Assembly (NCBI GenBank): GCA_902772745.1
Contig: CACYBV010000037.1
Span: forward strand, 1-30,594
Origin: an uncultured Eubacteriales bacterium
Lineage (GTDB): Bacteria; Bacillota; Clostridia; Lachnospirales; Lachnospiraceae
DNA length: 30,594 nt
Direction: 5' to 3'
Positions within the stretch are counted from its first letter, which is position 1, and each line of letters starts with the position of its first letter. Positions 1-8,734 of the stretch are shown in pieces. A program made the translations under genes and the position numbers. The notes beneath the pieces are model-generated. The model made no database searches. It saw nothing but the letters and a program-made list of their open reading frames with translations, and was not told the DNA's origin.

Positions 1-1
1 C

Positions 2-94
2 GAAGTATTCAAGTACATCGGCGTCGATGTGGACAAGATCGGCTACAACCAGCCGGCAGGCGTCCGTTATCCGACGGAAAATCCCTTCGCTTAA
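2..94 (+). CDS. C-terminal 30 aa of an L-fucose-isomerase-family sugar isomerase (XylA-II-like); partial, begins upstream of the window
   Basis: The frame from base 2 reads EVFKYIGVDVDKIGYNQPAGVRYPTENPFA, stop TAA 92-94. This resembles, from memory, the C-termini of clostridial fucose-isomerase-family proteins that cluster with xylB. Confidence 0.5.
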   Translation, partial: EVFKYIGVDVDKIGYNQPAGVRYPTENPFA

Positions 95-163
95 GGCGTC
101 TGATCTGCTGCCCGGGAGATGTGAAAAGCATCTGAAACCCCGGCAGGAACAGAATAAAATCCA

Positions 164-200
164 GTTACAGGGAGCGGAAAAAAAGCCCGCTTCCTGTAAC
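164..200 (+). terminator. 14 bp hairpin after the isomerase, possible terminator
   Basis: GTTACAGGGAGCGG (164-177) pairs with CCGCTTCCTGTAAC (187-200) with one G-U pair. The U-tract is weak (GGCGTTTC). Confidence 0.4.
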
Positions 201-287
201 GGCGTTTCATGAAAAAGGCTGCGGCGGGCAGTTGCTGATGTAATTATGCAGCCGCGAACAGGTCTGAGACGGAAGGAAAAATTACAA

Positions 288-1139
288 ATGCCAAAAATAA
301 AAATCACCTGTGATTCCACCTGCGATCTGACGCCGGAACTGTATGAAAAATACGATGTTGAGGTGATCCGTTACGGGATTTATCTCGGAGACGAACTCAG
401 GACAGACGGGGTGGACGTCCAGGTTTCCGATCTGTACGAATACGCGGACCGGACCGGAACTTTGCCGAAAACGGTGGCAATTTCACCGGATGAGTACATG
501 GAAGTATTCCGGAAGTATACGGATCAGGGGATGAGTGTGATCCATATCAATCTTTCCTCTGAGATGTCTTCGGCCTACCAGAATTCGATGATCGCAGCAC
601 GCGAAGTCGGAAATGTTTATCCGGTGGATTCCAGGAACCTGTCCTCCGGAGCGGGACACCTTGTGCTGCTCGCGCGGGAGCTTGCGGACCAGGGGCTCGA
701 GGCAACGGAAATCGTCGCCCGGCTCGAGGAAGCCCGGGAACGGCTCGATGTCAGCTTTGTCCTGACAACGCTCGAGTACCTGAAAATGGGCGGGCGGTGT
801 TCTTCGGTTGCCGCATTCGGCGCGAATCTTCTCAAGCTGCATCCGGAGATCCGGGTGACAAACGGCAAGATGGGCGTCGGCCGGAAATACCGCGGAGCCA
901 TGAAAAAATATGTGGAAGCCTATGTCCGCGGTGCGCTTGAAGGCCGGACGGATATCGACCTTCGCCGGATTTTTGTGACACATTCGCCGATGGATGACGA
1001 GGTGGTGCAGTTTGCGGTCCGTCTTGTCAAAGAACTGCATCCCTTCGAGGAGGTGATAGAAACCTCCGCGGGCTGTACGGTATCCACACATTGCGGACCG
1101 GGCACGATCGGTGTGCTGTTCTTTACAAAACAACAGTGA
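288..1139 (+). CDS. DegV family fatty-acid-binding protein
   Basis: KITCDSTCDL N-terminus, INLSSEMSSAY, DSRNLSSG, LEYLKMGGR and STHCGPGTIG C-terminus. ATG 288 follows AAGGA; the ORF-track start at 246 has no RBS. Confidence 0.93.
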   Translation: MPKIKITCDSTCDLTPELYEKYDVEVIRYGIYLGDELRTDGVDVQVSDLYEYADRTGTLPKTVAISPDEYMEVFRKYTDQGMSVIHINLSSEMSSAYQNSMIAAREVGNVYPVDSRNLSSGAGHLVLLARELADQGLEATEIVARLEEARERLDVSFVLTTLEYLKMGGRCSSVAAFGANLLKLHPEIRVTNGKMGVGRKYRGAMKKYVEAYVRGALEGRTDIDLRRIFVTHSPMDDEVVQFAVRLVKELHPFEEVIETSAGCTVSTHCGPGTIGVLFFTKQQ

Positions 1140-1171
1140 TGGAGAAAGCGAACGCTTTTAAGGAGTGAAAA

Positions 1172-2635
1172 ATGTATTATATCGGTATCGACCTGGGGAC
1201 TTCGGCCGTCAAACTCCTCCTGATGAAGGGAGACGGCAGCATTGAAAAGATTTCCAACCGCGAATATCCGCTGTATTTTCCGAAAACCGGCTGGTCCGAG
1301 CAGAACGCGGAGGACTGGATTACGGCGGTCAAGGACGGCCTTCGGGAGCTGCTTTCCGGAATCGACAGATCCGAAGTAGCGGGCATTGGCGCCGGCGGAC
1401 AGATGCATGGGCTTGTGATTCTCGATGAGGACGATCGGGTGATCCGCCCGGTTATCCTCTGGAACGACGGCCGGACGCAGGAAGAAACCGACTGGCTCAA
1501 TCACGAGATCGGAGAGGATGTGCTCGGCAGGGAGACCGCGAACATTGCATTTGCCGGATTTACCGCGCCCAAGATTCTCTGGGTGAAGAACCATGAGCCG
1601 GAGAATTTCCGGAGAATCGCGAAGATCATGCTTCCGAAGGACTATGTCAACTATGTGCTGACCGGGGCCTTTGCCACGGAGTATTCGGATGCTTCCGGGA
1701 TGCTGCTTCTGAATGTTGAAAACAAATGCTGGTCGAAAAAAATGCTGGAGATCTGCGGCATTACGGAAAATCAGCTTCCGAAGCTTTACGAGAGCTATGA
1801 AGTGGTCGGAACCCTGAAGCCGGAAATCGCGGAAGAGCTTGGACTCCCGGAAACCGTAAAGGTGGTTGCCGGCGCCGGCGACAATGCGGCGGCAGCAGTC
1901 GGTACGGGGACCGTCGGCCCGGATCAGTGCAATGTTTCTCTGGGCACTTCCGGAACGATGTTCATCAGCTCCCGGACATTCAAGAACCCCGAAAACCACG
2001 CGATCCACAGTTTTGCCCATGCGGACGGCACCTGGCACCTGATGGCCTGCATGCTCTCGGCTGCTTCCGGCAACAAGTGGTGGAATGAGGAAATCCTCGG
2101 GACAGATGACTACAATAAGGAGCAGGAAGGAATTGCGGAGCACCTTGGGGACAACGAAGTGTTCTATACCCCCTATCTCATGGGCGAGCGCTTCCCGCAC
2201 AATGATACGAAAGTCCGCGCCATGTTCATCGGCATGTCCATGAATACGACGCGCCGCGATATGACGCAGGCTGTTCTCGAAGGCGTGGCATTCAGCTTCC
2301 GCGACGCGCTGGAAGTTGCGAAGGAACTCGGCATCGACCTCAAGCGTACCAAGATCTGCGGCGGCGGCGCGAAAAGCCCCCTGTGGCGCAGGATTATCGC
2401 AAACGTCCTGAACCTTCCTGTAGACATGATCGAGTCGGAACAGGGCCCGGGCCTCGGCGGCGCGATGCTGGCTGCGGTCGGCTGCGGTGAATATGCTTCG
2501 GTAGAGGCTGCAGCGGACGCGATCGTACGTGTCGTCGGTACGGTGGAGCCGGAGCCGGAGCTTGTGAAAAAATACGATGAAAAGTACCAGACCTACCGGA
2601 AACTGTATCCGGCGGTAAAGGAACTTTTCAGATGA
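1172..2635 (+). CDS. xylB: Xylulokinase (FGGY carbohydrate kinase)
   Basis: IGIDLGTSAVK, GAGGQMHG, ILWNDGR, GFTAPKILW, TEYSDASG, GAGDNAAAA, PYLMGER and CGGGAKS motifs. RBS AAGGAG. Confidence 0.9.
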   Translation: MYYIGIDLGTSAVKLLLMKGDGSIEKISNREYPLYFPKTGWSEQNAEDWITAVKDGLRELLSGIDRSEVAGIGAGGQMHGLVILDEDDRVIRPVILWNDGRTQEETDWLNHEIGEDVLGRETANIAFAGFTAPKILWVKNHEPENFRRIAKIMLPKDYVNYVLTGAFATEYSDASGMLLLNVENKCWSKKMLEICGITENQLPKLYESYEVVGTLKPEIAEELGLPETVKVVAGAGDNAAAAVGTGTVGPDQCNVSLGTSGTMFISSRTFKNPENHAIHSFAHADGTWHLMACMLSAASGNKWWNEEILGTDDYNKEQEGIAEHLGDNEVFYTPYLMGERFPHNDTKVRAMFIGMSMNTTRRDMTQAVLEGVAFSFRDALEVAKELGIDLKRTKICGGGAKSPLWRRIIANVLNLPVDMIESEQGPGLGGAMLAAVGCGEYASVEAAADAIVRVVGTVEPEPELVKKYDEKYQTYRKLYPAVKELFR

Positions 2636-2654
2636 TACGGAGAGAAACCTGAAA

Positions 2655-4004
2655 GTGACAGCGGCAAGAGAGAGAAGCTTACGGATTCTCAGGATTATAA
2701 CAGCGGTGCTTCTGTGCCTTTACTTTTTTTCGGCATCGGTGTTTATCCTGAAGATCCGCGGCCGCTTCCCCTATCAGTTTCTGGGGGCCGGCGCGGGATT
2801 ATCCGTACTGATTCTTTTCATTGTGAACAGAAAATTCGAACGGACAGACTGGCTCCTCACGCTGGTCTTTCTGTCGTTCATTCTGTCTGCAATTTCCGCC
2901 GAGATCAATCAGATGCCGGAAGCCTACCTGAAGCTTTCGCGATCCTCCGCACTGATGGCGGTCCCGCTTTATTTCGCGGCGGCTTATCTCGGCGCGGACA
3001 TGAAGCGCTCCGTAAAGCTCATGGAACTTTTGAAACTCGTGCTGAAGGGCATTACGCTCCTGCAGGTCCTGTGGATTCTTCTGCAGTTTTTGCTGTATCG
3101 GCTGTTTAAAATCGACATCAACCAGGTGATTTTCCATGACATCCTGCATCAGGAAGGGCTTGTGAGTTTCTACCGCGAGAGATTCTATCCGGCGGGCTTT
3201 ACCTGGCACGGCGGATCGATTGCACCGCTCCTCGTACTGGCCTTTGTGCTTTTCAAAAACCCGGTCATCCGGCTCGTGGTGCTTGCCGAATCCTTCCTTG
3301 TGGGAAGCTCCACGGCGATCGTGGGCGTGCTTGCGGCACTTTTCCTGACGATTCTTCTCGGACTGATCCGAAGAGAGTACACGATCGCGAGGATCCGCGC
3401 TTTCTTCCGGAAAAAGAACATCTGGAAAATGGTGCTCGGCGCAGTCCTTATCGCCGTCTTTGTCTTTGCTTTCATACGAATGAATCTCTGGGCGGTCGTG
3501 AAGGGCCGGATGCTCTACCTCATGCTTCGGATGAAGAATACGGACTTTGACGGCAGCACGCAGATTCATATCCGCTATTTTACCGATTTCCCGCAGATCT
3601 TCAGAAACAGCAGCTGGACGGAGCGGATCTTCGGATACGGCAATTACTCATCCGGTTACCCCTTCCAGATCTACTTCGGGCAGTACAAATGGATGGAGAC
3701 CTTCGTCGCTGAATGCGATTTCATCAATATCCTCGTGAGCCGCGGCATTTACGGCTTCCTGGTGTATTATATTTTCCTCGGAATCCTTGCTGTGCGGGGA
3801 CTGAAAAAGGACAGCCGGTATTTTATATTTACCATAGCGGTCGTACTTCAGGGAGCGGGCTATAACGTACAGTGGCAGTATATTTTCATGACGGAAATCC
3901 TGATGTACCTTTCTCTTCAGGCGGGCAGAAATTTCTTTGAGGAAAAGTCTGTGGAAGGACAGCAGAAAATGCCGGCGCTTCTCAGGCGGTTCGGGAACCT
4001 TTGA
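2655..4004 (+). CDS. Polytopic membrane protein, O-antigen polymerase/ligase (Wzy-like) candidate
   Basis: About 10-11 hydrophobic segments. RFYPAGFTWHGG, GSSTAIVG, and a large loop ending IFGYG...ECDFINILVSRGIYG resemble Wzy_C-type proteins. GTG start. Confidence 0.5.
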   Translation: MTAARERSLRILRIITAVLLCLYFFSASVFILKIRGRFPYQFLGAGAGLSVLILFIVNRKFERTDWLLTLVFLSFILSAISAEINQMPEAYLKLSRSSALMAVPLYFAAAYLGADMKRSVKLMELLKLVLKGITLLQVLWILLQFLLYRLFKIDINQVIFHDILHQEGLVSFYRERFYPAGFTWHGGSIAPLLVLAFVLFKNPVIRLVVLAESFLVGSSTAIVGVLAALFLTILLGLIRREYTIARIRAFFRKKNIWKMVLGAVLIAVFVFAFIRMNLWAVVKGRMLYLMLRMKNTDFDGSTQIHIRYFTDFPQIFRNSSWTERIFGYGNYSSGYPFQIYFGQYKWMETFVAECDFINILVSRGIYGFLVYYIFLGILAVRGLKKDSRYFIFTIAVVLQGAGYNVQWQYIFMTEILMYLSLQAGRNFFEEKSVEGQQKMPALLRRFGNL

Positions 4005-4016
4005 TTTGGAGGATTC

Positions 4017-4292
4017 ATGCGCAGAAGAAATTATCAGTTTGAAATTCTCGAGGTAATCCTTTCTATTGCGGTGATCGGACTATCAGTTGTGCTGTTTTTC
4101 CGCTCGTCGGAACTGACGCTTCTGTTTCCGCTTGTTTTCGGTCTCGCTGCGATCCTGGCGCTGATGTCGGCGCTGGACGGTACGGTATTCAACCGGAACC
4201 GCGTGATCAAAAAGAGCCGGATCGTAGTATTCGGCATTCTGACGGTGCTCCTTGCAGGACTCGCATACATCAGTTACAGGGTGGTGCGGTAG
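4017..4292 (+). CDS. Small 3-TM membrane protein (possibly DUF6637-like)
   Basis: 91 aa with three hydrophobic segments and RBS GGAGG. Its stop abuts the ATG of the next gene. Confidence 0.7.
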   Translation: MRRRNYQFEILEVILSIAVIGLSVVLFFRSSELTLLFPLVFGLAAILALMSALDGTVFNRNRVIKKSRIVVFGILTVLLAGLAYISYRVVR

Positions 4293-4622
4293 ATGGAAAC
4301 AAAAAGGACGGTACTCTGCGGCGCGAATTCCTATGAGGAAAAATATTATTTCAACGAGGAGTTCAGCGGCATTCCGCAGATGGTGAAGGATGAACTGAAG
4401 GTCCTGTGCGTGCTCTTTACCGAGGAATGCGGCGGGATACTGACACTGGAATTCCAGCCGGACGGGACGCTCCTTCTGTGCACACGCGCGGACGATTACG
4501 ATTACCTTTACGATGAAATCGAGACCGGGCTTCAGATCCGTCGGATCCAGAAGGAAAAGAAGACGCTTCTGGAATCCCTGGAGATGTATTACCGTATTGT
4601 ATTTCTCGGAGAAGATTCATGA
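4293..4622 (+). CDS. DUF6145 family protein
   Basis: VLCGANSYEEKYYFNEEF...LCVLFTEECGGILTLEF...LLESLEMYYR matches, from memory, this conserved Lachnospiraceae family usually found upstream of dusB. Confidence 0.8.
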   Translation: METKRTVLCGANSYEEKYYFNEEFSGIPQMVKDELKVLCVLFTEECGGILTLEFQPDGTLLLCTRADDYDYLYDEIETGLQIRRIQKEKKTLLESLEMYYRIVFLGEDS

Positions 4623-5605
4623 AGGAACCTGGAAAAATGCAGATCGGAACGCTCTCTGTTCCGGTGCCTCTTGCCCTCGGACCGATGGCCGGAGTTACGG
4701 ACAGCGCATACCGCGAAATCGCCGCATCCTTTGGGTGCGGCTTGTTTACGACCGAAATGGTCAGTGCGAAAGCCCTGTATTACCGCAATAAAAACACCGA
4801 ACTCCTGCTGACGCGCGGAGAGACCGAGTACCCGGTGGGGGTGCAGCTCTTCGGAAATGATCCGGACATCATCGCGGAAATGGCGCTCAGGATCGAGGAC
4901 CGGTTCGAATTCATTGATTTCAATATGGGCTGTCCTGTGCCGAAGGTCGTGAAAAACGGCGAAGGATCGGCGCTGATGCGTGAACCTGAACTCGTGGAAA
5001 AGATCTTCACGAAGCTTGCAAAAACCGTACACAAACCGGTCACCGCAAAGATCCGGAAAGGTTTTTCGAAGGACGAAGAGCTCGCGCCGGAAATTGCCCG
5101 CATCCTGGAAAGCTGCGGCGCCGCAGCGGTTTCCGTGCATGCGAGGACCCGCGAGCAGTATTACAGCGGCGAAGCGGACTGGGAAACAATCCGGCGCGTG
5201 AAGGAAGCCGTCCGGATTCCGGTCATCGGGAACGGCGATGTCCGCGATGGGAAGACTGCGGCGAAGATGCTTCTTGAAACCGGATGCGACGGCGTGATGG
5301 TTGCGCGCGCTGCCGAAGGAAACCCGTGGATTTTCAGGGAGATCCTGCATTACTTAAGAACCGGGGAGGAACTCCAAAGACCCTCGGCGGAGGAGATCTG
5401 TGCGATGATTCTCCGCCATACGGAGCTGCTGACAAAGCTGAAAGGAGAACATCTGGCGCTTCTGGAGATGCGGAAACACGCGGCCTGGTATCTTAAAGGG
5501 GTTCCCGGTGCGGCGGATCTTCGGAGACGGATATCGTCAATTACATCGGCGGAGGAACTCGGGGAGCTCCTGTCAAAGGTGACGGAGATATACCGGCAAT
5601 CATAG
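4619..5605 (+). CDS. dusB: tRNA-dihydrouridine synthase B
   Basis: LGPMAGVTD, TEMVSAKAL, VQLFG, DFNMGCPVPKV, VHARTREQYYSG, IPVIGNGD and GVMVARAAEGNPW. ATGA overlap with the upstream gene; the true start may be ATG 4637. Confidence 0.95.
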   Translation: MKEPGKMQIGTLSVPVPLALGPMAGVTDSAYREIAASFGCGLFTTEMVSAKALYYRNKNTELLLTRGETEYPVGVQLFGNDPDIIAEMALRIEDRFEFIDFNMGCPVPKVVKNGEGSALMREPELVEKIFTKLAKTVHKPVTAKIRKGFSKDEELAPEIARILESCGAAAVSVHARTREQYYSGEADWETIRRVKEAVRIPVIGNGDVRDGKTAAKMLLETGCDGVMVARAAEGNPWIFREILHYLRTGEELQRPSAEEICAMILRHTELLTKLKGEHLALLEMRKHAAWYLKGVPGAADLRRRISSITSAEELGELLSKVTEIYRQS

Positions 5606-5773
5606 AAAGCCTTTTCCGGCGGAGACGGCATCCGCAGCGCAACAGAAAAAATGCACAGGCGGATACCGGGGAACAGAGAAAGCCGGCGGCAAAAGGAATA
5701 CGGAGCAGCGAAAAGCCGGCCCGGGGATGACGCCGGCCGAGGGGAGGCTTCGAAGCCCCTCGAAAATCAGCTC

Positions 5774-5802
5774 TTTACATTTTAAAATAACTGTGATATA
5801 AT
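5774..5802 (+). promoter_or_regulatory. Sigma-A promoter for tRNA-Gly
   Basis: TTTACA (5774-5779), 17 bp spacer, TATAAT (5797-5802), with extended -10 TG. It lies 12 nt upstream of the tRNA. Confidence 0.8.
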
Positions 5803-5814
5803 AGCCTCCGTTCT

Positions 5815-5885
5815 GCAGGATTAGTACATTGGTAGTATGTCAGCTTCCCAAGCTGAAGAGGCGGGTTCGATTCCCGTATCCTGCT
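5815..5885 (+). tRNA. tRNA-Gly (anticodon CCC)
   Basis: Acceptor GCAGGAT/ATCCTGC, D stem GTAC/GTAT, anticodon arm TCAGC-TTCCCAA-GCTGA, T arm GCGGG-TTCGATT-CCCGT. Discriminator T; CCA not encoded. Confidence 0.95.
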
Positions 5886-5903
5886 TATAAAGTACAGCAC
5901 CCA

Positions 5904-5965
5904 GGTAAAAATATACGGCTTCTGGCTGTGCACTCGTGCATCAGCCAGAATTTGATGTTTTTACC
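5904..5965 (+). terminator. Long rod hairpin after the tRNA, likely terminator or processing stem
   Basis: TTCTGGCTG (5920-5928)/CAGCCAGAA (5942-5950) with inner TGCAC/GTGCA, followed by TTTGATGTTTTT. Outer stem GGTAAAAATAT/ATGTTTTTACC. Confidence 0.55.
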
Positions 5966-6027
5966 GGGAGTGATCTTGAGACGAAGACGGACCGACCATC
6001 CGGATAAGACAAAGGATGCATATTCTA

Positions 6028-6072
6028 AGCACCCGACACGAGGACATTTCCACAGTCCTCGTGTCGGGTGCT
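6028..6072. repeat. Perfect 18 bp inverted repeat upstream of greA
   Basis: AGCACCCGACACGAGGAC (6028-6045), 9 nt loop, GTCCTCGTGTCGGGTGCT (6055-6072). No U-tract on either strand. Confidence 0.9.
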
Positions 6073-6118
6073 GAATAATAACAGTTAACGCCAGACAGGC
6101 AGTAAGGAAAGGGACAAA

Positions 6119-6595
6119 ATGGCTGAGAAGAAGAACATTTTGACATCATCCGGCGCAAAAAAGCTGGAAGACGAGCTGACGAACCTGAAGGTTGTGCGCC
6201 GTGCGGAAATTGCGCAGAAGATCAAGGAAGCACGTGCGCAGGGGGACCTGTCCGAGAACGCGGAATACGACGCCGCGAAAGATGAACAGGCGGAAATCGA
6301 AGCCAGAATCGGAGAGATTGAAGCGATTCTCAAAAACTCTGAAGTGGTCGATACCGAGGGGGATCTGAGCCGGGTATTTATCGGTTCGACGGTCCGGGTT
6401 CTCGATCTGGAATACGACGAGGAAGAAGTGCTCTCGATTGTCGGATCCAACGAGGCCAACAGCATGGAAAACAGAGTCAGCAATGAATCTCCTCTCGGGA
6501 TGGCGCTTCTCGGAGCAGCCATCGGCGATGTGGTTACCGTCAATGCGCCCGGCGGAGATTTTGAATATAAGGTGCTTGCGATCGGGCGCCAGTAA
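6119..6595 (+). CDS. greA: Transcription elongation factor GreA
   Basis: EARAQGDLSENAEYDAAKDEQ, VFIGSTV and SNESPLGMALLG. Confidence 0.97.
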   Translation: MAEKKNILTSSGAKKLEDELTNLKVVRRAEIAQKIKEARAQGDLSENAEYDAAKDEQAEIEARIGEIEAILKNSEVVDTEGDLSRVFIGSTVRVLDLEYDEEEVLSIVGSNEANSMENRVSNESPLGMALLGAAIGDVVTVNAPGGDFEYKVLAIGRQ

Positions 6596-6604
6596 GGAAG
6601 GCTT

Positions 6605-8545
6605 ATGGCAGGAGAGAATCAGGACAACAGAACTCAGGATATGAACCAGCTTCTGCGTATCAGAAGAGAGAAGCTGCAGGAACTCCGGGAACAGGGAAAG
6701 GACCCCTACCGGATTACGAAATTCGACCAGACGGCGCATGCGGAAGAAATCCGCAGCCGCTATGAAGAATTTGAAGGAAAGACGGTTCAGATCGCAGGCC
6801 GGCTGATGTCAAAGCGTGTGATGGGCAAGGCTTCTTTCTGCAATGTCAAGGACCTTTCGGGCGGCATCCAGGTGTATGTGGCCCGGGACGATCTTGGTGA
6901 CGAAGCTTATGCCGCTTTCAAAAAGCTGGATATCGGTGACAATGTCGGCGTGACGGGCTTTGTTTTCACCACCAAAATGGGCGAGATCACGGTGCACGCG
7001 AAGTCTGTTGAGCTGCATACGAAAGCCCTGCAGGTCCTTCCGGAGAAATTCCATGGCATGACCGATACGGATCTTCGTTACCGTCAGCGTTATGTGGACC
7101 TTTTCATGAACGACGAAGCGAGAAGCACCTTGGTGAAGCGCTCGCAGATTCTTCGGGAGATCAGGAATTTCCTGAATCAGCGCGGTTTCCTGGAAGTCGA
7201 GACACCGATTCTCGTCGAGAATGCCGGCGGCGCGGCGGCGCGGCCGTTCATGACGCATTTCAATGCGCTGGACCAGGATATGAAACTCCGGATTTCCCTG
7301 GAGCTTTACCTGAAGCGCCTGATCGTCGGCGGCCTGGAACGCGTCTATGAAATGGGCCGTGTATTCCGCAATGAGGGGATCGATACGCGCCATAACCCGG
7401 AATTCACCATGCTGGAGCTGTATCAGGCCTATACCGACTACAACGGCATGATGGAACTTACGGAGTCGATGTACCGCACAGTCTGTGAAAAGGTGCTCGG
7501 TACGACAAAGATCCTCTATAACGGCGTGGAGATCGACTTCGGAAAGCCTTTTGAGAAGATTACGATGATCGAAGCCGTCCGGAAATACGCCGGCGTCGAT
7601 TTCGATCTGATCCGTGACCTCGATTCGGCCCGTGAAGCCGCGAAGGCGCACGGCGTTGAATTCGAAGAACGCCATAAATGGGGCGACATTGTCAATCTTT
7701 TCTTTGAGGAATTCTGTGAAGAGAAGATGATCCAGCCCACATTCGTCTGTGACCATCCGCTGGACATTTCGCCGCTGACCAAGAAGAAACCCGACGATCC
7801 GATGCTTGTGGAGCGGTTTGAGCTGTTCATCAACTGCGGTGAAATGTGCAACGCCTATTCCGAGCTTAATGATCCGGAGGACCAGCGGGAACGCTTCAAA
7901 GCCCAGGAAGCGGCGCTGGCGGCGGGCGATGAGGAAGCCAATACGACCGACGAGGATTTCCTTCGTGCTTTAGAGTACGGAATGCCTCCGACCGGCGGCA
8001 TCGGCTACGGCATTGACCGCTTTGTCATGCTGCTTACAGGCGCGCAGGCAATCCGCGATGTCCTTCTGTTCCCGACCCTCAAAATCCAGAAGACAGGATC
8101 GGAGGACCGCGGGACACAAGGTCTTTCCTCCGTTCTGAAAGAGACCGTACAGGCGGCTGAGGAAGTGATCGATTTCTCCAATGTCGTAATTGAGCCCCTC
8201 TTTGCCGATACCGTTGATTTCGAAACTTTTTCAAAGTCCGATTTCCGCGCCGTGAAGGTTAAAGACTGCACCGCCGTTCCGAAATCCAAAAAGCTTCTTC
8301 AGTTCACGCTGGACGACGGCTCCGGAACGGACCGTACGATTCTTTCCGGGATTCATGCTTTCTACGAGCCGGAAGAGCTTGTGGGGAAAACCTGTATCGC
8401 AATCACGAATCTTCCGCCGAGAAAAATGATGGGCATCGATTCCTGCGGTATGCTGCTGAGCGCCCTTCATCACGAGGGAGAGGAGGAGAAGCTTCATCTT
8501 CTGATGGTGGATCCGCACATTCCGGCCGGCGCAAAGCTGTATTGA
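6605..8545 (+). CDS. lysS: Lysyl-tRNA synthetase (class II) with a C-terminal tRNA-binding OB (Trbp111/MetRS-C-like) domain
   Basis: RYRQRYVDL, FLEVETP, FRNEGIDTRHNPEFTMLE and YGMPPTGGIGYGIDR. The extra C-terminus DFRAVKV...KSKKLL...RTILSGI...NLPPRKMMGIDSCGMLL is a tRNA_bind domain. Confidence 0.96.
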   Translation: MAGENQDNRTQDMNQLLRIRREKLQELREQGKDPYRITKFDQTAHAEEIRSRYEEFEGKTVQIAGRLMSKRVMGKASFCNVKDLSGGIQVYVARDDLGDEAYAAFKKLDIGDNVGVTGFVFTTKMGEITVHAKSVELHTKALQVLPEKFHGMTDTDLRYRQRYVDLFMNDEARSTLVKRSQILREIRNFLNQRGFLEVETPILVENAGGAAARPFMTHFNALDQDMKLRISLELYLKRLIVGGLERVYEMGRVFRNEGIDTRHNPEFTMLELYQAYTDYNGMMELTESMYRTVCEKVLGTTKILYNGVEIDFGKPFEKITMIEAVRKYAGVDFDLIRDLDSAREAAKAHGVEFEERHKWGDIVNLFFEEFCEEKMIQPTFVCDHPLDISPLTKKKPDDPMLVERFELFINCGEMCNAYSELNDPEDQRERFKAQEAALAAGDEEANTTDEDFLRALEYGMPPTGGIGYGIDRFVMLLTGAQAIRDVLLFPTLKIQKTGSEDRGTQGLSSVLKETVQAAEEVIDFSNVVIEPLFADTVDFETFSKSDFRAVKVKDCTAVPKSKKLLQFTLDDGSGTDRTILSGIHAFYEPEELVGKTCIAITNLPPRKMMGIDSCGMLLSALHHEGEEEKLHLLMVDPHIPAGAKLY

Positions 8546-8572
8546 GCTCTGAAATTATAAACGATTTATTAA

Positions 8573-8615
8573 GGCACCTTTTCCGATCCGATTCGGGAAA
8601 GGTGCCGTGTTATTT
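8573..8615 (+). terminator. Intrinsic terminator after lysS
   Basis: GGCACCTTTTCCGA (8573-8586)/TCGGGAAAGGTGCC (8593-8606), followed by GTGTTATTT. Confidence 0.75.
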
Positions 8616-8705
8616 CGGAACGGAATACCGGAAATCCGATCATTGCCGGGCTGAATGAATACCTTAACATGTGGGTCCGGGTTTTCATACCGGAGTAAAA
8701 AAAGA

Positions 8706-8734
8706 TTGCTGTTTTCGCATGAAGCTGATATAAT
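8706..8734 (+). promoter_or_regulatory. Putative sigma-A promoter for the NUDIX gene
   Basis: TTGCTG, 17 bp spacer, TATAAT (8729-8734), with extended -10 TG. Confidence 0.65.

Noticed and set aside
920-2200. 426 aa minus-strand ORF, and similar long antisense ORFs (6809-7756, 12107-12658, 13520-14329, 22571-23812, 24778-25587, 28259-29872)
   Set aside because: Each lies opposite a well-supported gene, lacks family motifs, and is the expected shadow of GC-rich codon usage.
5651-5785. ~44 codon ORF between dusB and the tRNA
   Set aside because: It has no RBS, runs into the tRNA promoter, and has no recognisable features.
5860-5890. tRNA 3' end as an integration (att) site
   Set aside because: I saw no duplicate of the tRNA 3' end and no integrase, and the flanking genes are core.
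5829-6074. 81 aa ORF MVVCQLPKLKRRVRFP
   Set aside because: It is a translation through the tRNA-Gly gene, a common artefact.
5890-6604. T-box leader for lysS
   Set aside because: No GGTGGNACCGCG T-box motif or specifier stem was found upstream of greA or lysS.
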